From Macrostomum hystrix (Eukaryota; Animalia; Platyhelminthes): a stretch of 64,000 nt of DNA. The notes beneath the pieces were generated by a model. The model saw only the letters and a program-made list of their open reading frames with translations, was not told the DNA's origin and made no database searches. Where the stretch lies: assembly GCA_950097015.1 (NCBI GenBank), contig CATNEN010000039.1:10974001-11038000 (forward strand), written 5' to 3'. Shown piece by piece: positions 36,291 to 49,300 of the stretch (position 1 is the first letter of the stretch; each line of letters begins with the position of its first letter). The position numbers and the translations under genes are program-made.

Positions 36291-37357
36291 TATGCTGCTG
36301 TAAATGATTGTCCGCCCCCATAAAAAGCGTTAAAATGCGAACTAGGTGCTCAATGAGTTGATAACTAAATAATTGTGTTGTTTTTTATATCTTCCTGTCT
36401 GGAAAGTCTCGTGTATTTGATGTAGCAAAGAGCATAGTTTCATTAAGTAATTCTCTGATAATTCATTGGTCTACAAAAATGAGTGCGTTTATTAGCTGTG
36501 TGTTGCATTTTCCCATTTGCATTATTTTTTATGTATCTGTGCTAGTTTTTTGCGTTTTTACTCAAACCGCTCAGTGTTACTAGCTGCAGTTACTTTAAAT
36601 AAGCTAGTTTTTCTTTTGTTCTGTGTGCTCAATCTCTTTGTTTTAAAAACGTAAAATAAATTGTTTGTTTGTCTCGTTTAGGCAAATATTGATTTGTTTA
36701 GCGTTCTTTGTTTTTGATTTATGGCAGATCTGTCTCTAGGATATTTTCTTAATAAAATTCGGTAGAGCAACAAGTTATGCAACTATATCAAAAGAACAGC
36801 TTTGTATTTGCTTCCAATCAAAAGCTGTCACTATTTAAATCAGAAATTTCCTTTCTCAAGACAGAAGTCAGGACTCCAGCAAGTCTATATGTTCTTTTTC
36901 GCATTCTGTACTCACCAATTTGGGATGGGCCTACACCGCTTGCAGCATCGCAAATGCATTTTGTCTTTTTTGTCTGTCGATTGCCTAGCAGCTGAAAATG
37001 GAATTAACTTGATTCTCGAGCCAGTGTGGCTATCCATTTGGCTCAGGTTGCAGTCTGCAAGCGGCTTTCCTGTCGCCTTTCTCTGCGGCAAATATTTGAT
37101 TTTAGCTGAATGTTCTTGCAAAGCTTTTTTGACAACAGATACGCTAGTACGCATGGAAAATGTAGACTATATTAAACGACTGAGCGGTCCCACCAGCCAG
37201 CCAATCGGTTGATTTCATTGATCAAATATCCTTGCCCATCTATTTATTAGTGGCTTTCTTGTACTCATAGGGCCACCGTGTCATTGACTGACTGCCTTTA
37301 TATTGTCTGTGGGCACATTGGTCTGGTTGGACTTTCTTAGGCAGCCAGCCATTCAGC

Positions 37358-38335
37358 ATGAGTAGCAGCTTGGATGTTAATGCTGTCGCTGTCGGTGGCA
37401 ACTCGTCAGCCTGTCCGCTGCAAAGAATCTTCGGCCTGCTGACTCGTCCAGACGCCACCTTCTTCGTACCCTACTCACTGCTGGCTCTGGCAGGCCTCGC
37501 TTTCAACTGTCTCCTCTTGCTGAGCGCCGTCAAACGGCCAGACAGTCTGTCTAAGCGGCGCACGTTTCGTCGCCTGCTGATAATCTTGGCGGGAACAGAT
37601 GCCGCGCTTTCGATTGTAGTGCTCGCCAATGTGGCCCTGTACATCCGGCATTACTTGAGTTCACTAAGTGCCGGGCAGCGCCTAACTTCGGCCAACTTTG
37701 AGCGGTTCCTAGTACCATACGTGCACTTCATTTGGCCTCGCGATGTCTTAGTAGCCAGCGAAATGATCTGCTCCATGCTCCTTTCTTTCGATCGCGCCGT
37801 TGCCGTTCTAGCGCCGACCCAAACTGGTCGATGGACTCCCCGGTTAGTCACCCTGCTAGCTGCCTGCCAGCCGCTCTGGCTGGCGCCGCTCTCCGGCGGT
37901 CTGTCGCTGGCGCAAGCATACTCCGAGTCGTGCATCGTCAAGCTAATGTTGGAGAGGGCCCTAAAGACTGTCAACGTGAGCGTAGTGGCATCTATCTTTG
38001 CTGTTTCCACTTTCTGCTATGTCGCTATTTTTGTTCGCATCTGTCGCTACAGAAAGATATCAAATCACGGCATGAATATGCACACTTTAAAGATCTCACT
38101 GATGTTACTAATGCTCACCGCCACTCAACTGATTGCTTTGGTGCCTTTCGCTCTGCATTATTTTGTAGAGAATCTGAACATTAGCTGCGGTCTTTTTCAC
38201 ACCTACCTGTTGGGCTGTGTTGTTAATCCGACTATCCTAATTGTCTTCAAGCCGGATGTGGCCAGTCAGGTGTGGTCCGTGATCAGCTGCCACGCCAGAG
38301 GCCCGAGAATTGCACCGAGTCAGGTATCGAACTAA
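37358..38335 (+). CDS. Intronless orphan rhodopsin-like (class A) GPCR, 325 aa
   Basis: About 7 hydrophobic segments; an N-glycosylation sequon (NSS) near the N-terminus; TM1 GLAFN, TM2 LAGTD, TM3 SFDRAVAV (DRY-like), TM6 ALVP and TM7 VVNPTIL (NPxxY-like). Confidence 0.85.
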   Translation: MSSSLDVNAVAVGGNSSACPLQRIFGLLTRPDATFFVPYSLLALAGLAFNCLLLLSAVKRPDSLSKRRTFRRLLIILAGTDAALSIVVLANVALYIRHYLSSLSAGQRLTSANFERFLVPYVHFIWPRDVLVASEMICSMLLSFDRAVAVLAPTQTGRWTPRLVTLLAACQPLWLAPLSGGLSLAQAYSESCIVKLMLERALKTVNVSVVASIFAVSTFCYVAIFVRICRYRKISNHGMNMHTLKISLMLLMLTATQLIALVPFALHYFVENLNISCGLFHTYLLGCVVNPTILIVFKPDVASQVWSVISCHARGPRIAPSQVSN

Positions 38336-40656
38336 CTAAATGCTGCTTAGATGTCTAGTTCGAGAACTCTCTTTTTTGCGTTTTCCTGCTCGAATATTGA
38401 GTTCATAATAAAAAACTATGAAAGAAACTTAATTTACGTATGAATTTATGCTGATGGGGTGAAATAAATAAATAATAATTTTACTGCTAAGCTAAAGCGT
38501 ATACTTATCCTTTATTTCTAAGCACTTTTGAAAGGCTCCACCTTGATTTCCTGACCGTCCGGGTTTACTAATGTCTATAGTCTTTGCACAAGACAGTGTA
38601 TGAGAGTCATGAAAGCAATCTTGATTACAATGCTGCTTAATAGGATAGCCTAAATGTCTATGGTCACGAGTGCGCTGCGCTAGACAAAGACCCTATACTA
38701 TCACAGCATCCTGACAGATCTGTTTTCAGGTGTCTATGGTGAACTGATATTTCGAGCTATAAATAGAATACTTGCTATGATGAAGGACATACTTAAGCGA
38801 GTGAATACTGATAGTAAATGACAGTGTTAGTGAGTGAGCAGTAGCGCTCACACCGAGTAGCACGACACTCCTATATCACGCACCCGGACGGCTAAAAAAT
38901 ATGACATTGCCATTCTAACTGTTCTACTCTAACTGTTCTATAGTAGCAGATAATGCCAATTTATCGATAACTTTTCTGATATGCTTTTTACTAACTAGAT
39001 TTTTGCCGATACTGCCGACTTTAAGCAACGCATTTCTCGAAAAAAATCTAATTACTGAACTTCAAATACTAGCGTACCAAAATGAGATAACAAAATATAA
39101 CAAAATCTGACTTAACAAGTACCAGCGACCCAAAGCCACAGAATTTATCTTGAGCTTGAGGTAAGTCCTGTGCCTTGTCGCTATTTATCTCAAATTGCAG
39201 CAACCGTTGCTAGATTTAGATAATATAAAATCGGTCCAGAAACTTTGCAGAAGTACACGCTTTCAGCCTGCCATGGTTCATAGAAAATGCATTTCTCTCT
39301 GCAATGGTTAACGAGTATATGCCGTGTGTGCCTACTATCCTTTCCGCAAAGTTGGGAATAGATTCGATTCCGCCTGGGGGTGTTGGAGCAGCCAGTTTAT
39401 TGAGTCTCCCTCCCTTTCTATAGATCTTATCCCGTTGCGATGGGGAGCGAATTCCCCGGTCGCGTGGATTTTCTACACGCTGACGGAGGCGGAACAGTCC
39501 CCCCCACCCGACCCGTATCTAAAGCTGTGCTCCAGCCTTCAGGTCTTTTTTTGAGAAATTGAGTTTCCATTACTTTCAACTTATTCGCCTGCCTTTCCTA
39601 TCCTTTCACTGCGGACTGGCATCCCTCGATTCCTAGCACGGCGGGCCGTGCTAAGAGGCTACCTGCCGTTGTAGATACCGCCATTATCCACCTCTCCGCC
39701 AACCTCCAACCAGCCGCCTCCCAATGGGAATCGCAGGGACAATTGAACGTTTGAGCAGGCTCAGCTGTCGAGATTAACAAGCGGCTAGCTAAATCTCGTT
39801 CTAGTTCTCTTCGTTGCCCACCCAGTCGTGGCCTGTGGGAGTTCACTCCACTGGTAGCCTCGTTCTACTCTCTCCCGTACCTACTCCAACCCCTCTGAGT
39901 CGTGCTTGCAGGGTATATGGACAGCCTGAGAGCCAGATATAGACATATCCATGTCGGTTCGGGTGCGCTGAGCCAGAGGATTTCTGGGCATTGCAGCGAG
40001 GTGAAGCTTCAGTCGCAACACGCCCCGACCCCGCCCCGGCTCCCAACTGGCAATTCCCTTGCGTTGATCCGACCGACTGGGGCGGGCCGGCGCCGGTGGG
40101 AAGAGAAAGAAGCGAGATGAAGCGAGAGACCGCGAGGAATTTGGGCGGGCAGGGGGGTAAGGAAAGCTGCTTGGGAAGCTACGCAGGGAGTTGGGAAGAA
40201 TTCATCTCAAATCCCTACGCTGACCGTCTAACCCTGAGAACCACGCAGCGCACCAGTGTCCGCCCCGCCCGACCCCCGCCCCAATTGATCGGCTCCCTTG
40301 TCGCGACTTCCCTGCTCCCCTCTCTCCCAGGCCCAGTTCCAGTCCTATTCCTAAGGCCCAGCAATCTTGCGGCCCGTTGTCAGCTCGCGCACGTACGCTA
40401 GGCCAGCTTGGGACAGCTCCCCTTCCCAGACCGCGGTCCCAGCCCGAAGACTCGGCCCCCAGTCTTCCAAGTGTACGCCGATTCCCCTCTGCTCTCCTTC
40501 GCCCCTCGCTAATCCCCAGGTCTCAGCATCCACCTCCCTCCGGTTCTGCCCAGTTCATCTTAAAACTCAGCATCGAAAGCCTGAGCTGAACTAGAAGTTG
40601 CCACTCGACTCCGATAAATTGTGATACATTTTTAGCCGTACGAAAATTCACCCGAG

Positions 40657-41865
40657 ATGAACTCCGCCACGAGCAGCGGCAAGCGCATGGTGCAGATCCC
40701 GCCGGGCTTCAAGGACCTCCTGCAGGAGTTTGCCGTAGCCGTGCTGCGCGAAGCGCCAGCTGATGTCATCGAATTCGCTGTCGACTATTTCACTAAACTG
40801 CGCGAAAGTCGCGAAGAAGTTGACAGAGAAAACAATGATGAAGACGAGCAAGAGGACGAGGAGAAGGCGGAGAACAACTCCAACGGTGGCGAGGGCGAAT
40901 CCGACGTCGACGAGGAGCCAATGCAGGCGCCTCCGCCTCGGCGCGGGCCTCGCCGCGTCGCTGTAGCTGGCGAGAGCTTCGACCCCGAGAAGGAGGACGA
41001 TGATGAGACTCCGATAGCCACCCACCCAAAGACGGTGGAGCAGCAGGTTCGCCTGGCGGAGGCCGTCAAGCACATTCTGCTGTTTCGCTGCCTGGACGAG
41101 GACCAGATGCGTGACGTCATCAACGCAATGTTCGAGAGGCGCTGCCAGCCTGGCGAAAAGATCATCACCCAGGGCGAGGATGGTGACAATTTCTACGTTA
41201 TCGAATCCGGCATCTACGACATCTACGTGCTGATCAACGGCCAGGACACCAAGGTGGGCCAGTACGACAACAAGGGCTCCTTCGGCGAGCTGGCACTGAT
41301 GTACAATGCGCCCAGAGCTGCCACAATCCAGTGCGCCTCGCCTGGCAGCATCTGGGCCATGGACCGGGACACTTTTCGCCGCCTGGTGCTTAAAAAGGCC
41401 TTCCAGAAGCGCGTCATGTACGAGAACCTCATCGACTCGGTGCCGTTGCTGAAGCAGCTGGCGCCCTATGAGCGCATGAGCATCGCCGACGCGCTGAAGT
41501 CCAAGATTTACGAGGACGGCGATCGGATCATAGTGCAGGGTGATCCTGGCAATGAGATGTACTTTATTGAAGACGGCGAGGTGCGCATCACGCGCAAGAC
41601 GCACGACGGCAGCGGCGAGGTTGAGCTGTCGCGCCTGCACAAGGGCGGCTACTTTGGCGAGTTGGCCCTGCTAACTAAGCAGCCCAGAGCGGCAAACGTC
41701 TACGCTTGCGGTGGGCGCTGTAAGGTGGCCGTGTTGGACGTTGGCTCGTTCGAGCGCCTGTTGGGACCCTGTCTGGACATAATGAGGCGCTCCATAGACA
41801 GCTACAAGCAGCAGTTGACGGCCATCTTTGGCAGCGCCGATGCGGTTCCTGACTTACGCGCGTGA
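40657..41865 (+). CDS. PRKAR2: cAMP-dependent protein kinase type II regulatory subunit, intronless, 402 aa
   Basis: RII-type D/D domain ([32 protein letters not shown]), inhibitor site RRVAV, and two cNMP domains with PBCs [15 protein letters not shown] and [15 protein letters not shown]. Confidence 0.95.
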   Translation: MNSATSSGKRMVQIPPGFKDLLQEFAVAVLREAPADVIEFAVDYFTKLRESREEVDRENNDEDEQEDEEKAENNSNGGEGESDVDEEPMQAPPPRRGPRRVAVAGESFDPEKEDDDETPIATHPKTVEQQVRLAEAVKHILLFRCLDEDQMRDVINAMFERRCQPGEKIITQGEDGDNFYVIESGIYDIYVLINGQDTKVGQYDNKGSFGELALMYNAPRAATIQCASPGSIWAMDRDTFRRLVLKKAFQKRVMYENLIDSVPLLKQLAPYERMSIADALKSKIYEDGDRIIVQGDPGNEMYFIEDGEVRITRKTHDGSGEVELSRLHKGGYFGELALLTKQPRAANVYACGGRCKVAVLDVGSFERLLGPCLDIMRRSIDSYKQQLTAIFGSADAVPDLRA

Positions 41866-42864
41866 AGCATCGCAATACAATGGCAAAGTTTCCACAGCTA
41901 GTTGAAATGTCTGACTTTGATGACCGGACGGCGTCACTTTGATTAAGACTGTGCTAGCTGCAGATTTTGTTTTCCGTTTAGTTTTGTGTTTCGTCTTCGT
42001 TTTTCCCTCAGTTTTTTTTAATAATCTTGGTAATCAATTGTATAATTTATGATTTTGGCTCGAGACTTCATCAAGGATTTCCCGAGTCCTGAATATCTCC
42101 CGAGAAAAATTAGATGCTCTATGATAGGAAAAGTTTTTTTTACTTATTTTAGCCTGCTTACTTTTAATTAAATAATCGTATTATTATAACTAAACTACGT
42201 GTTAGTATTTTTGTATCTTGTTATTTATCACAAAAAAGCTTTGCTTTGTTAAAATAATCAGTTGATTTCAATAAAAGTACGCATATAGCGATCCTACCAT
42301 GTCACATACAGTACCTACTTTTTATAATTGGATGAATTTCAATGTTTCAATAATCGACAGTTAGATAAAAACAATAACCTATATTCTGCTGCTGATATGA
42401 TCGACTCAACATTACAATGACACTATTTTCGTTCATTTATGACGCAATCATTGCCGCAAATTGGCATCAATAATACTGATGACTTCAGATGCAATGAGTT
42501 TCTCATCAACCTAACCGACGCATCGATCGACCAATTGGCTTTGTTTTGTGGGCCTAAACTTTCTTTCGAGCGCGCTTCTCGACACAGCAGTGGACAGTCA
42601 GGAGAATGACTCGCTGAAGAATCTGGCGCACAATGACGCCGTGAAGTCTGGGCGAGGCGTGTTAATTATAAAGTGTCAGTCGCACTTGCGTTCCAGTCAC
42701 AGCCTCACAAACCTGGGGATGACTATGCTACATTATTTTTATTCGAATATTTTCTCTCGCTCCAGGGGCTAAGCTTGATTATACATCCGCATCTCGTAGA
42801 TATTGCTACAGCAATTGCTCACAAATCGGCTAAGTTAAAATATGACCGCAAATGACCAATTAAG

Positions 42865-43135
42865 TATATTCAAACTGAGGGGGTAACAATGGGATGACAT
42901 TCAAATTGAGGGGGTAACAGTGGGATAACATTCAAACTGAGGGATTTACGATGGGATAACATTCTTACTGGAGATAACAATGGGATAACATTCTTACTGG
43001 AGATTAACAATGGGATAACATTCGAACTGAAGATTAACGATAGGATAACATTCGAACTGAGGGATTAACAATGGGATAACATTCGAACTGAAGATTAACG
43101 ATGGGATAATATTCATACGGAGGGATTTACAATCG
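42865..43135. repeat. ~30-bp minisatellite (ttcgaactgagggattaacaatgggataaca)
   Basis: About 8-9 degenerate tandem copies. Confidence 0.9.
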
Positions 43136-43394
43136 AATGCAGTAAAAAAAGAAATAAAAAGGGAATATTTTTTTCTTTCTTTAACAATAATCCACTGTCT
43201 GTAGTCACTGAGATGAGTGAGCATTTTAGAAGGGAAATTTGTGAGGATTTTTATATTGAATTTCATGCAGATATACTTCCGTTAGTTGTGACAGCCTGTC
43301 GTCAGTGCGGATATTTGTTTAAACTTTCTAAATTTATAACAAAACTTCAGGCTTTGTAGGCATTTGGTATCGGCCCATTTTGACCAAGCCGGGC

Positions 43395-46300
43395 TCAGTA
43401 CACCCTGAGATTGCACAGAGCAGATCCGCCTCCTAAACCGTCTGACATCGATGAGAAGGCAGGCTCAACCGTCGGATCTCCTGCAGTTACTTGAATGTAG
43501 ACGAACCTACCGTGCATCGGCTTGGCGCAGGCGATGTGCAGGTTGTACTGCTGCGGGCGGCGGCAGTGGATAAGGTCTGGCTCATTTGACACTAATGACA
43601 GAACAATAGACACCCTGTACAGACAATTATGATTTAGAGGACCGGAACAGACACCAAGGACAGACACTTGGAAGAGACACCCAGAACCTGTAGACACTCG
43701 GAACAGACACCCGAAACAGACACCCAGAACAGACACTCGGAACAGACACCTGGAACAGACACCCGGCACAGACACCCGGAACAGACGCTCGTGTGGTGAC
43801 TGAGCTGAATGAAAGTGCCCAGTGCACCTTGTGTGAGTGCGCTGCACCCCCCCGCACTTGGTTGTTTATTCTTTATCTCGGCCTGCGCCGCGCTGATTGG
43901 CTGGGCCATTTCGACCCTGCGCCTCTCCCCCTGTTGTTGTTCACTCGGCCGGCTTACACCGGTTGATGTACCCTCCCTCCCCCCTAGTTATTTATGCCGT
44001 GCGCTGCGCTGATTGGCGGGCCGTGTTTTTTGGGGGTCTTGGGTCTGCCCTGGCCCCTCGGGGGTGGGGCTTTAGCCCCGGGCTCTCCCCCCGCCGCGGT
44101 GCTATTTATTGTGGAGCGCTGGACCCCGGCCTCTGCCACCGCCGGCCCCCCTCAAGACAACTACGTACGACACCTAAAATCACGACTGCCTGGCCCCCCC
44201 TCTACGGGAACGCTGCCCTGTCTGAGTCCCACTACTCGACTGACTAACAATATACGGGTTTGACTTCCGGTCATCCGGCCCTGCCTGCGCCGCGCGACTG
44301 TGCGAACTTCTGGTTGGTAAGCCTTCGACTCCGCGTTTGTCCTTTGCGGGCTAGCTTTAGGCACCTTAGAGGAAGTGGAGCGTCGTACGCCGATCCCCCC
44401 CTCAACCAGTGTGCGTCGTACGCTCGCTGGAGGCTGTCGTGCGTCGTACGCTCGATCTGCCTAGCCCAACCGACTCTGTGTCGTACGCGGGTCGGTGGGG
44501 ACGACCGTAGCCAGGGTCAGTACGCGAGCCCGAGTCCGTGGGGCGCCCCTGGGGATTGAGCCCTCGAGCCCCATCATCACACTCGGAACAGACACTTGGA
44601 AGAGACACCCAGAACCTGTAGACATTCGGAACAGACACCCGGAACAGACACCCAGAACAGACACCCGGAACAGACACCCAGAACAGACACTCGGAACCGA
44701 CACTCGGAACAGACACTCGGAACAGACACCTGGAACAGACACCCGGAACAGACACCCGGAACAGACACTCAGAACAGACGCTCGGAACAGTCACTTGGAA
44801 GAGACACCCAGAACCTGTAGACACTCGAAACAGACACCCGGAACAGACACCCGGAACAGACACCCGGAACAGACACCCAGAACAGACACCCAGAACAGAC
44901 CTGATTGAGCTTATTCGTTGCCAACGCATCGGCTTTGCCGCAAAGAAATTTCCGGGCAGCCAGGCCGCGCCTATTCGACCTGCCCGAGCCGAACACCTTG
45001 TTGGGAGACTTCTTTGCCACGAAGACCTCTAGCCGGCGTTGTGGCCCAGTCAGGGTGCCGTCTTCAAATGGGTCCAGGGAAGCAAAGAGCAGTTAATATG
45101 AGCTTGTCATATCTAAGCTGAACCCTACTTAATTTAAAAAAAGGTTTGCAAGCAATCCCACTGGTTATGAGTATAGTATTCCAGGGATTGGTGAATAAAT
45201 TTGATAAAAAACACCGCAGCCACCTCACTACCTACACATGATACCCCTCTCCCTGGTGGTTAGTAGCAAAAGGTCCTTGAGCTCGATTCCGCGGCGAGGC
45301 CATATTCATTTGGCACCCCAGCCGCGGAGAGAAAGCTTGACGGCTTGTCGTGCAATTTTACGCCCTTGAGTGTCATATGAGGACCTTGCGGACTTCCAAG
45401 GCACAGTGAGAGTGTACAATGCATGACGATGAGATGTACAAACCTGTGTGAGTGTGTGCCTGCGTACGGCAGTGAAATGGGCAGAACTGCCTCCTCGCTG
45501 GCTGTGGCTATTGTGTCACAAAATGATGTGCCATTGCCCACAGCCCTCCTGCAATAATTACTATAAAAAAATGTTTAAGCGATCCTACTGGCCATGAGTA
45601 GTACACCCTGGACCGGCTGTTTAGTTTTCAAATCGACCAGCCAGCTGACTAAGGACGCAGTTGAAGGCACGGAGGCGCAACCGCCGCCGGCTCCGCCGAC
45701 CACGGACTCGGACCAGCTGTCCCAACCGTCGGCGCCGCCGTTCGCTCCGGCCTGACGCTTGCGATGCCGGCTGCCACCGGCGTCCGTGTCATCGTTGGCG
45801 CCCAGCCAGGCCGGCTTGTTGTAGGCCAGGTTGGCTAAGCAGCGGCTGGAGTTGCTGACACGGAAGAAGGCGCCTCCGCCGCCGCCGCCAACGCAGGAGT
45901 CCTCTTGGTGGCAGCCGATCACATCGACGCGCATGGCGATGCTGCCCTGCCAGCGGACCGGGTGGAAGCGAACATAGCGCGCCGTGAAGGGCCGGTTCAG
46001 GTAGTGAATGCGCTCACTGTCTCGGTTGTGATTTCCGTGGAACAGCTGGGGCAGGTGTGAAGAACAGATTCTATTCAGTCCAAGTGGCTCACAAATACTA
46101 AACCCCTTCATTGTGCCTTTGATTTAGCTGACTAAGCAGACCATCTTTAGTATTGCTCGCGATACTTCTTACATTAAAACAAGATAACTTTTCTTTGACA
46201 AATGCCGAATGCGAACACTGCTAAGTCCCCTTGTATCGCTGCAAAAGTTTTTGAACGCGGGCCCATTTATTAGGCGGGCAGGCGAGGGTTCAGAAATGAA

Positions 46301-49300
46301 AGGATTCGCGCCATAAAACTGCCAACCGCGAGCAGATGAGAGCATCTTGGACAGTTTGCCGGCTTGATTTTGACCACTTAACCATTTCTGAAGATATATT
46401 TCGTCTTTGCGTTTGTTCACAGTGGAATGTCGCGGAGGCCCTGGCTGTTTCAGCTTGCAATTTTTTCGTTGCAGTGTTTGTGCGGCAGAACGACTGTCTG
46501 TCACTGATAGCGGAGGTATCATAGAGATACTTCTATTCTGAGGTCCCGGCATCGGAATGCGGAGAATTCCCTAATGGCCGCGATGGCTGCAGTCTATTGG
46601 GGAAAAGCAAGGCAGTATTGCCCAAAGCCTTTTTTAAAAGTGACCGGAAATCTTCAAGGGAGGGCGGATTGCGTTGTCTTTTCGATGCTTTAATTGTTTT
46701 GCATGGCAGCATTGACAGCCGAAAATACCAGCACGTATTCGCTTGCCTTGGGACTAAGATGGTCGGCGTCCTTGTACAGCGCCCACGACCTGCCGTCGTT
46801 GCTGTAGGCAACCCGGTAGGCCGTGACCCAGGCGTCCGACCTGCCGTCACCGCGACCCTTCGTCACCAGGCCGGTGACCCGCGCTGGCGGTCCCAGGTCC
46901 ACCTGGAGCCACTGGTTTTCTGTAGGAATGGGTTGTGGAGGGTCACAAAACATGCTGGGAGTGTCCCGATGTCAGTGCCGTTGATGGATTGCTCAACACG
47001 CTGCCCGTGCTTGTCCTACGTATGCTTAAAGAATTCGTTCGAGGATTTGAGGACCGGGGATTTGAGGGATGACACCAGGAATTTGAGGGTTGGCATCAGG
47101 GGTTTTAGGGATGAAACCTGGGTTTTAGGGATGACACCAGGGATTTGAGGGATGACACCAGGGATTTGAGGGTTGGCATCAGGGATTTGAGGGTTTGCAT
47201 CAGGGATTTAAGAGATTAAACCTGGGTTTTAGGGATGACACCAGGGATTTGAGGGTTTGCATCAGGGATTTGAGGGATGACACCTGGGGATTGAGGGTGG
47301 ATTTGTGGCTCACCGTTCAGCCTCTTGGCGCACCAGGCCTTGCCCGTGACCGCGTGGCCGTACGAAGCGTCGCAGGTTCGCATCGCGCGTCGACCGCGCG
47401 AGCTGGACGCCGTCAGGCGGGCGTAGGGCGGCTGCGCCAACGACCGCTTGCAGGCTGCGTGTAAAAGTGCAATCGTAGGATTTATGTCAGCTGACTGAAG
47501 CAACATCACCCCTCAGAACTCAATACAGAGGCACATTGTGTGGGATGTCCTTTACACACAGACTTCATGTGGCTCATTAAAAAGTACAAATTAACAAGCA
47601 TTGAAGCACATCATTGAAATTTCAGACCAGCTTATGCGGATCAGAATCGAAATCATTAACCTAAAAGCGAGTCGCAAGTCGTAAGATTTATTCTGCAATA
47701 TCATCAGCGATCTAACTGGCAAACTTTTATGGCGCGGATTTATTGCCATCAGCGCCGATGGCAGTTTCAAGGGCCGTCAATTTTGTCCAGCTATCGTTTG
47801 GCAATGTCTAACTAAGAGTGCAGTAACCACTCGAAAACTGCAGTAAGCCGTGACTGCAGTTTTCGAGTGGTCATAAATTTGTACTATGAGAAGACACTCA
47901 GATTTCACCCGAAAGTCAAATTACGGCTAGCACTTGAAGCCAGGTTCCTCAGGGCCCGTGCTATTGGCAGTTAGCGAGAAATTGGTAAATAAAATGAAAA
48001 CAGTTATATAAGCCCTGGTGGAACTTCTACAATCGACAAAAAAGACTATTTTATAAAAAAGACAGTTTCAACTAGATAGGACTAGGGCCTTTTCAGTTTT
48101 ATCGTCTTTAATTGCGGGATGATAAACTGTTTATGATCGAATTATCCCGAAATTGCGATAGGGATTTTGTGAGGATTTTTGTTTGCAGAATCTTAAAGAA
48201 TTCTGGAAATTATAGTTATTCATTCGAAAAAATCTTAAGTGGAAAATTATGAGATTCCAAAAATCTGCCTGGGGAGATTCCTATCGGCTAATTAGATGGG
48301 AATTACGATGGAAGAATCAGAGGAATTCCCATCGACAAATTAGTCTTTTCTAATCGGTTAATAAGGGAGATTCCCATCTATTAATTCGGGGAATTCCAAT
48401 AGACGAATTGTGGATTGTGTATTAAAAAAGAGATTTCCCATAGACAAAATGAGGGAATTCCCAATGACGAAATGAGGGAATCCCCATAGACAAAATGAGG
48501 GAATTCCCATAGAGTAAATGAGGGAATTCCCGTTAAAGAAATGGGGGAATTCCCATCGACGGAATGAGGGAATTCCCATTGACGATTTTGGGGATTCGAT
48601 TCGATGAATTCGGAGATTCCAATCAATGAATTTGGGGATTCTAATTGACGAATTCGGGGTAGGGTTCATGGTTCATGGTTCATGACTCACGCTGACAGCC
48701 GAGTATCTCCAGTCGCAGACTCGGATGCCGGTGAAACTGCAGCGGGTGCAGGCGAACAAACCTGGCCGTAAAAGGTGCCTTAAAGTAGTTGTGCTTCACT
48801 GAGAACGCATCCAGGTTGGCTTCAAAGATCTGCAATTCGAGGTGTAAGTTTACTTTTATTTATTAACTGATTAGTTTGCTAAATATGAAATCAGATCAGG
48901 CACGCAAGGGTGTACTTGGTAGATAAGAGTGGGCTTAACTAGATAGTCGATAAATATCTTCGATCTACTACTATAAAGCTCAATTTCGCCACGAGGGCCA
49001 AAGGCACTGTGTGTGCACTGCCTGACGACGAGAAAGTCAGACCGAGATAGATGTACACACCAGTGTGAGTACGGTATATTGTGTCCATGTGTGTTCAGTG
49101 GTCAGCGGAATGGGGAGAATTGGCTCCAGCTGGCTGGGGGTTGCAGATACTAAAATCAAATGATTAATTCTACATTCGGGTGAGTGGCAACGCGTTTTCC
49201 GCTCGCTTTACGGTTCCTAAGCTCGATTTCGCGGCGAGGTCACATTCCCAAGCCAGAGAAGGCTTGGGGGTTAGTTGTGCAATTTACGCACTTGAGAACC

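Noticed and set aside
40648-41640. 330-aa antisense ORF over PKA-R
   Set aside because: It is a shadow of GC3-rich codon usage on the sense gene and has no recognisable motifs.
49015-49050. ctgacga…gaaa as a hammerhead ribozyme core in the dispersed repeat
   Set aside because: CUGANGA is not kept in the sister copies (ctgacaa, ctggcga), and the segment pairs as a simple hairpin with no three-way junction.
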